Assembly: GCF_029504745.1 (NCBI RefSeq)
Contig: NZ_JAQFIQ010000049.1
Span: 1-16,492 of the forward strand
Source of the DNA: Breznakia sp. PF5-3
GTDB lineage: Bacteria > Bacillota_I > Bacilli_A > Erysipelotrichales > Erysipelotrichaceae
Direction of reading: 5' to 3'
DNA length: 16,492 bases
In this document: positions 16,406 to 16,492 of the stretch, piece after piece
Layout: each line of letters begins with the position of its first letter
How positions within the stretch are numbered: position 1 is the first letter of the stretch
Notes under the pieces: model-generated
Told to the model about the DNA's origin: nothing
The model's database searches: none
Seen by the model: only the letters and a program-made list of their open reading frames with translations
Translations under genes and position numbers: made by a program

Positions 16406-16492
16406 ACCCATAAAGTTGGACACGTTATTATTTAAGCGCTTAAACTTGAGGATTGTTCTCTGTATGCTACAGGGGATAATCCTTTTAGTTTG
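16401..16492 (-). mobile_element. End of an IS3-family insertion sequence (right terminal repeat plus transposase 3' end), continuing beyond the window
   Basis: The terminal sequence is tgtgaacccataaagttggacacg from 16401. It has a TG end and a ...gttggacac motif, which I recall from IS150/IS3-group termini. About 30 nt further in, the minus strand encodes a typical IS3 OrfB C-terminus. The exact boundary is ambiguous (16398, 16401 or 16403). Confidence 0.7.
16432..16492 (-). CDS. IS3-family transposase (OrfB, DDE/rve), C-terminal 19 codons only
   Basis: The minus-strand translation of 16491->16435 is KLKGLSPVAYREQSSSLSA, followed by stop TAA (complement of 16432-16434). The L-x-G-L-SP-x-x-YR ending is the conserved C-terminal motif of IS3-family integrase-fold transposases. 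It is absent from the ORF track because it is cut by the window edge. Confidence 0.75.
   Translation of the reverse strand, partial: KLKGLSPVAYREQSSSLSA

Noticed and set aside
16401-16492. Plus-strand frame open from 16401 to the window end (CEPIKLDTLLFKRLNLRIVLCMLQGIILLV), considered as a frameshifted continuation of the kinase
   Set aside because: The same bases on the minus strand encode a textbook IS3 transposase C-terminus (KLKGLSPVAYR...) followed by a TG-ended terminal repeat. The open plus frame is most simply the antisense shadow of the IS.
1-16492. CRISPR arrays, tRNA/rRNA genes, long direct repeats
   Set aside because: I saw no regularly spaced repeats and no tRNA-like or rRNA-like segments while reading the intergenic regions. 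The intergenic space is accounted for by promoters, terminators and the riboswitch leader.

Overview
This looks like a low-GC Bacillota-type chromosomal segment with three parts. (1) Positions 1-4290 hold independently transcribed genes. They are a membrane acyltransferase-3 family protein, a DUF1307/YehR-type lipoprotein, a Mn/Fe superoxide dismutase, and a small acidic protein on the minus strand. The fifth is a 423-aa protein that joins six HdeD/DUF308-like TM helices to a cytoplasmic domain with a His...Cys (permuted papain-like) motif order. (2) Positions 4310-14114 hold a sigmaA-type promoter and a guanine-class purine riboswitch. These drive the de novo purine operon purE-purL(single-chain PurS/L/Q, 1231 aa)-purC-purF-purM-purN-purH, which has abutting or overlapping genes and ends at a strong terminator. 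purK, purB and purD are not in the operon. (3) Positions 14276-16492 hold an apparently AT-richer agr-like quorum-sensing cassette. It contains a small 3-TM protein, an AgrB-like peptidase with the His/Cys dyad conserved, a LytTR response regulator, and only the first 128 codons of an AgrC-like kinase. The kinase gene is cut off by the end of an IS3-family element: a terminal repeat plus the C-terminus of its transposase on the minus strand, running off the window. I could not find a canonical AgrD precursor gene, because the gene junctions downstream of agrB leave no room for one. That missing precursor, the non-canonical 106-aa neighbour of agrB and the IS-disrupted kinase are the most interesting items. 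The TM/papain-like fusion protein and an unusual riboswitch leader with a partial second copy of aptamer segments come next. No CRISPR array, tRNA or rRNA was seen.
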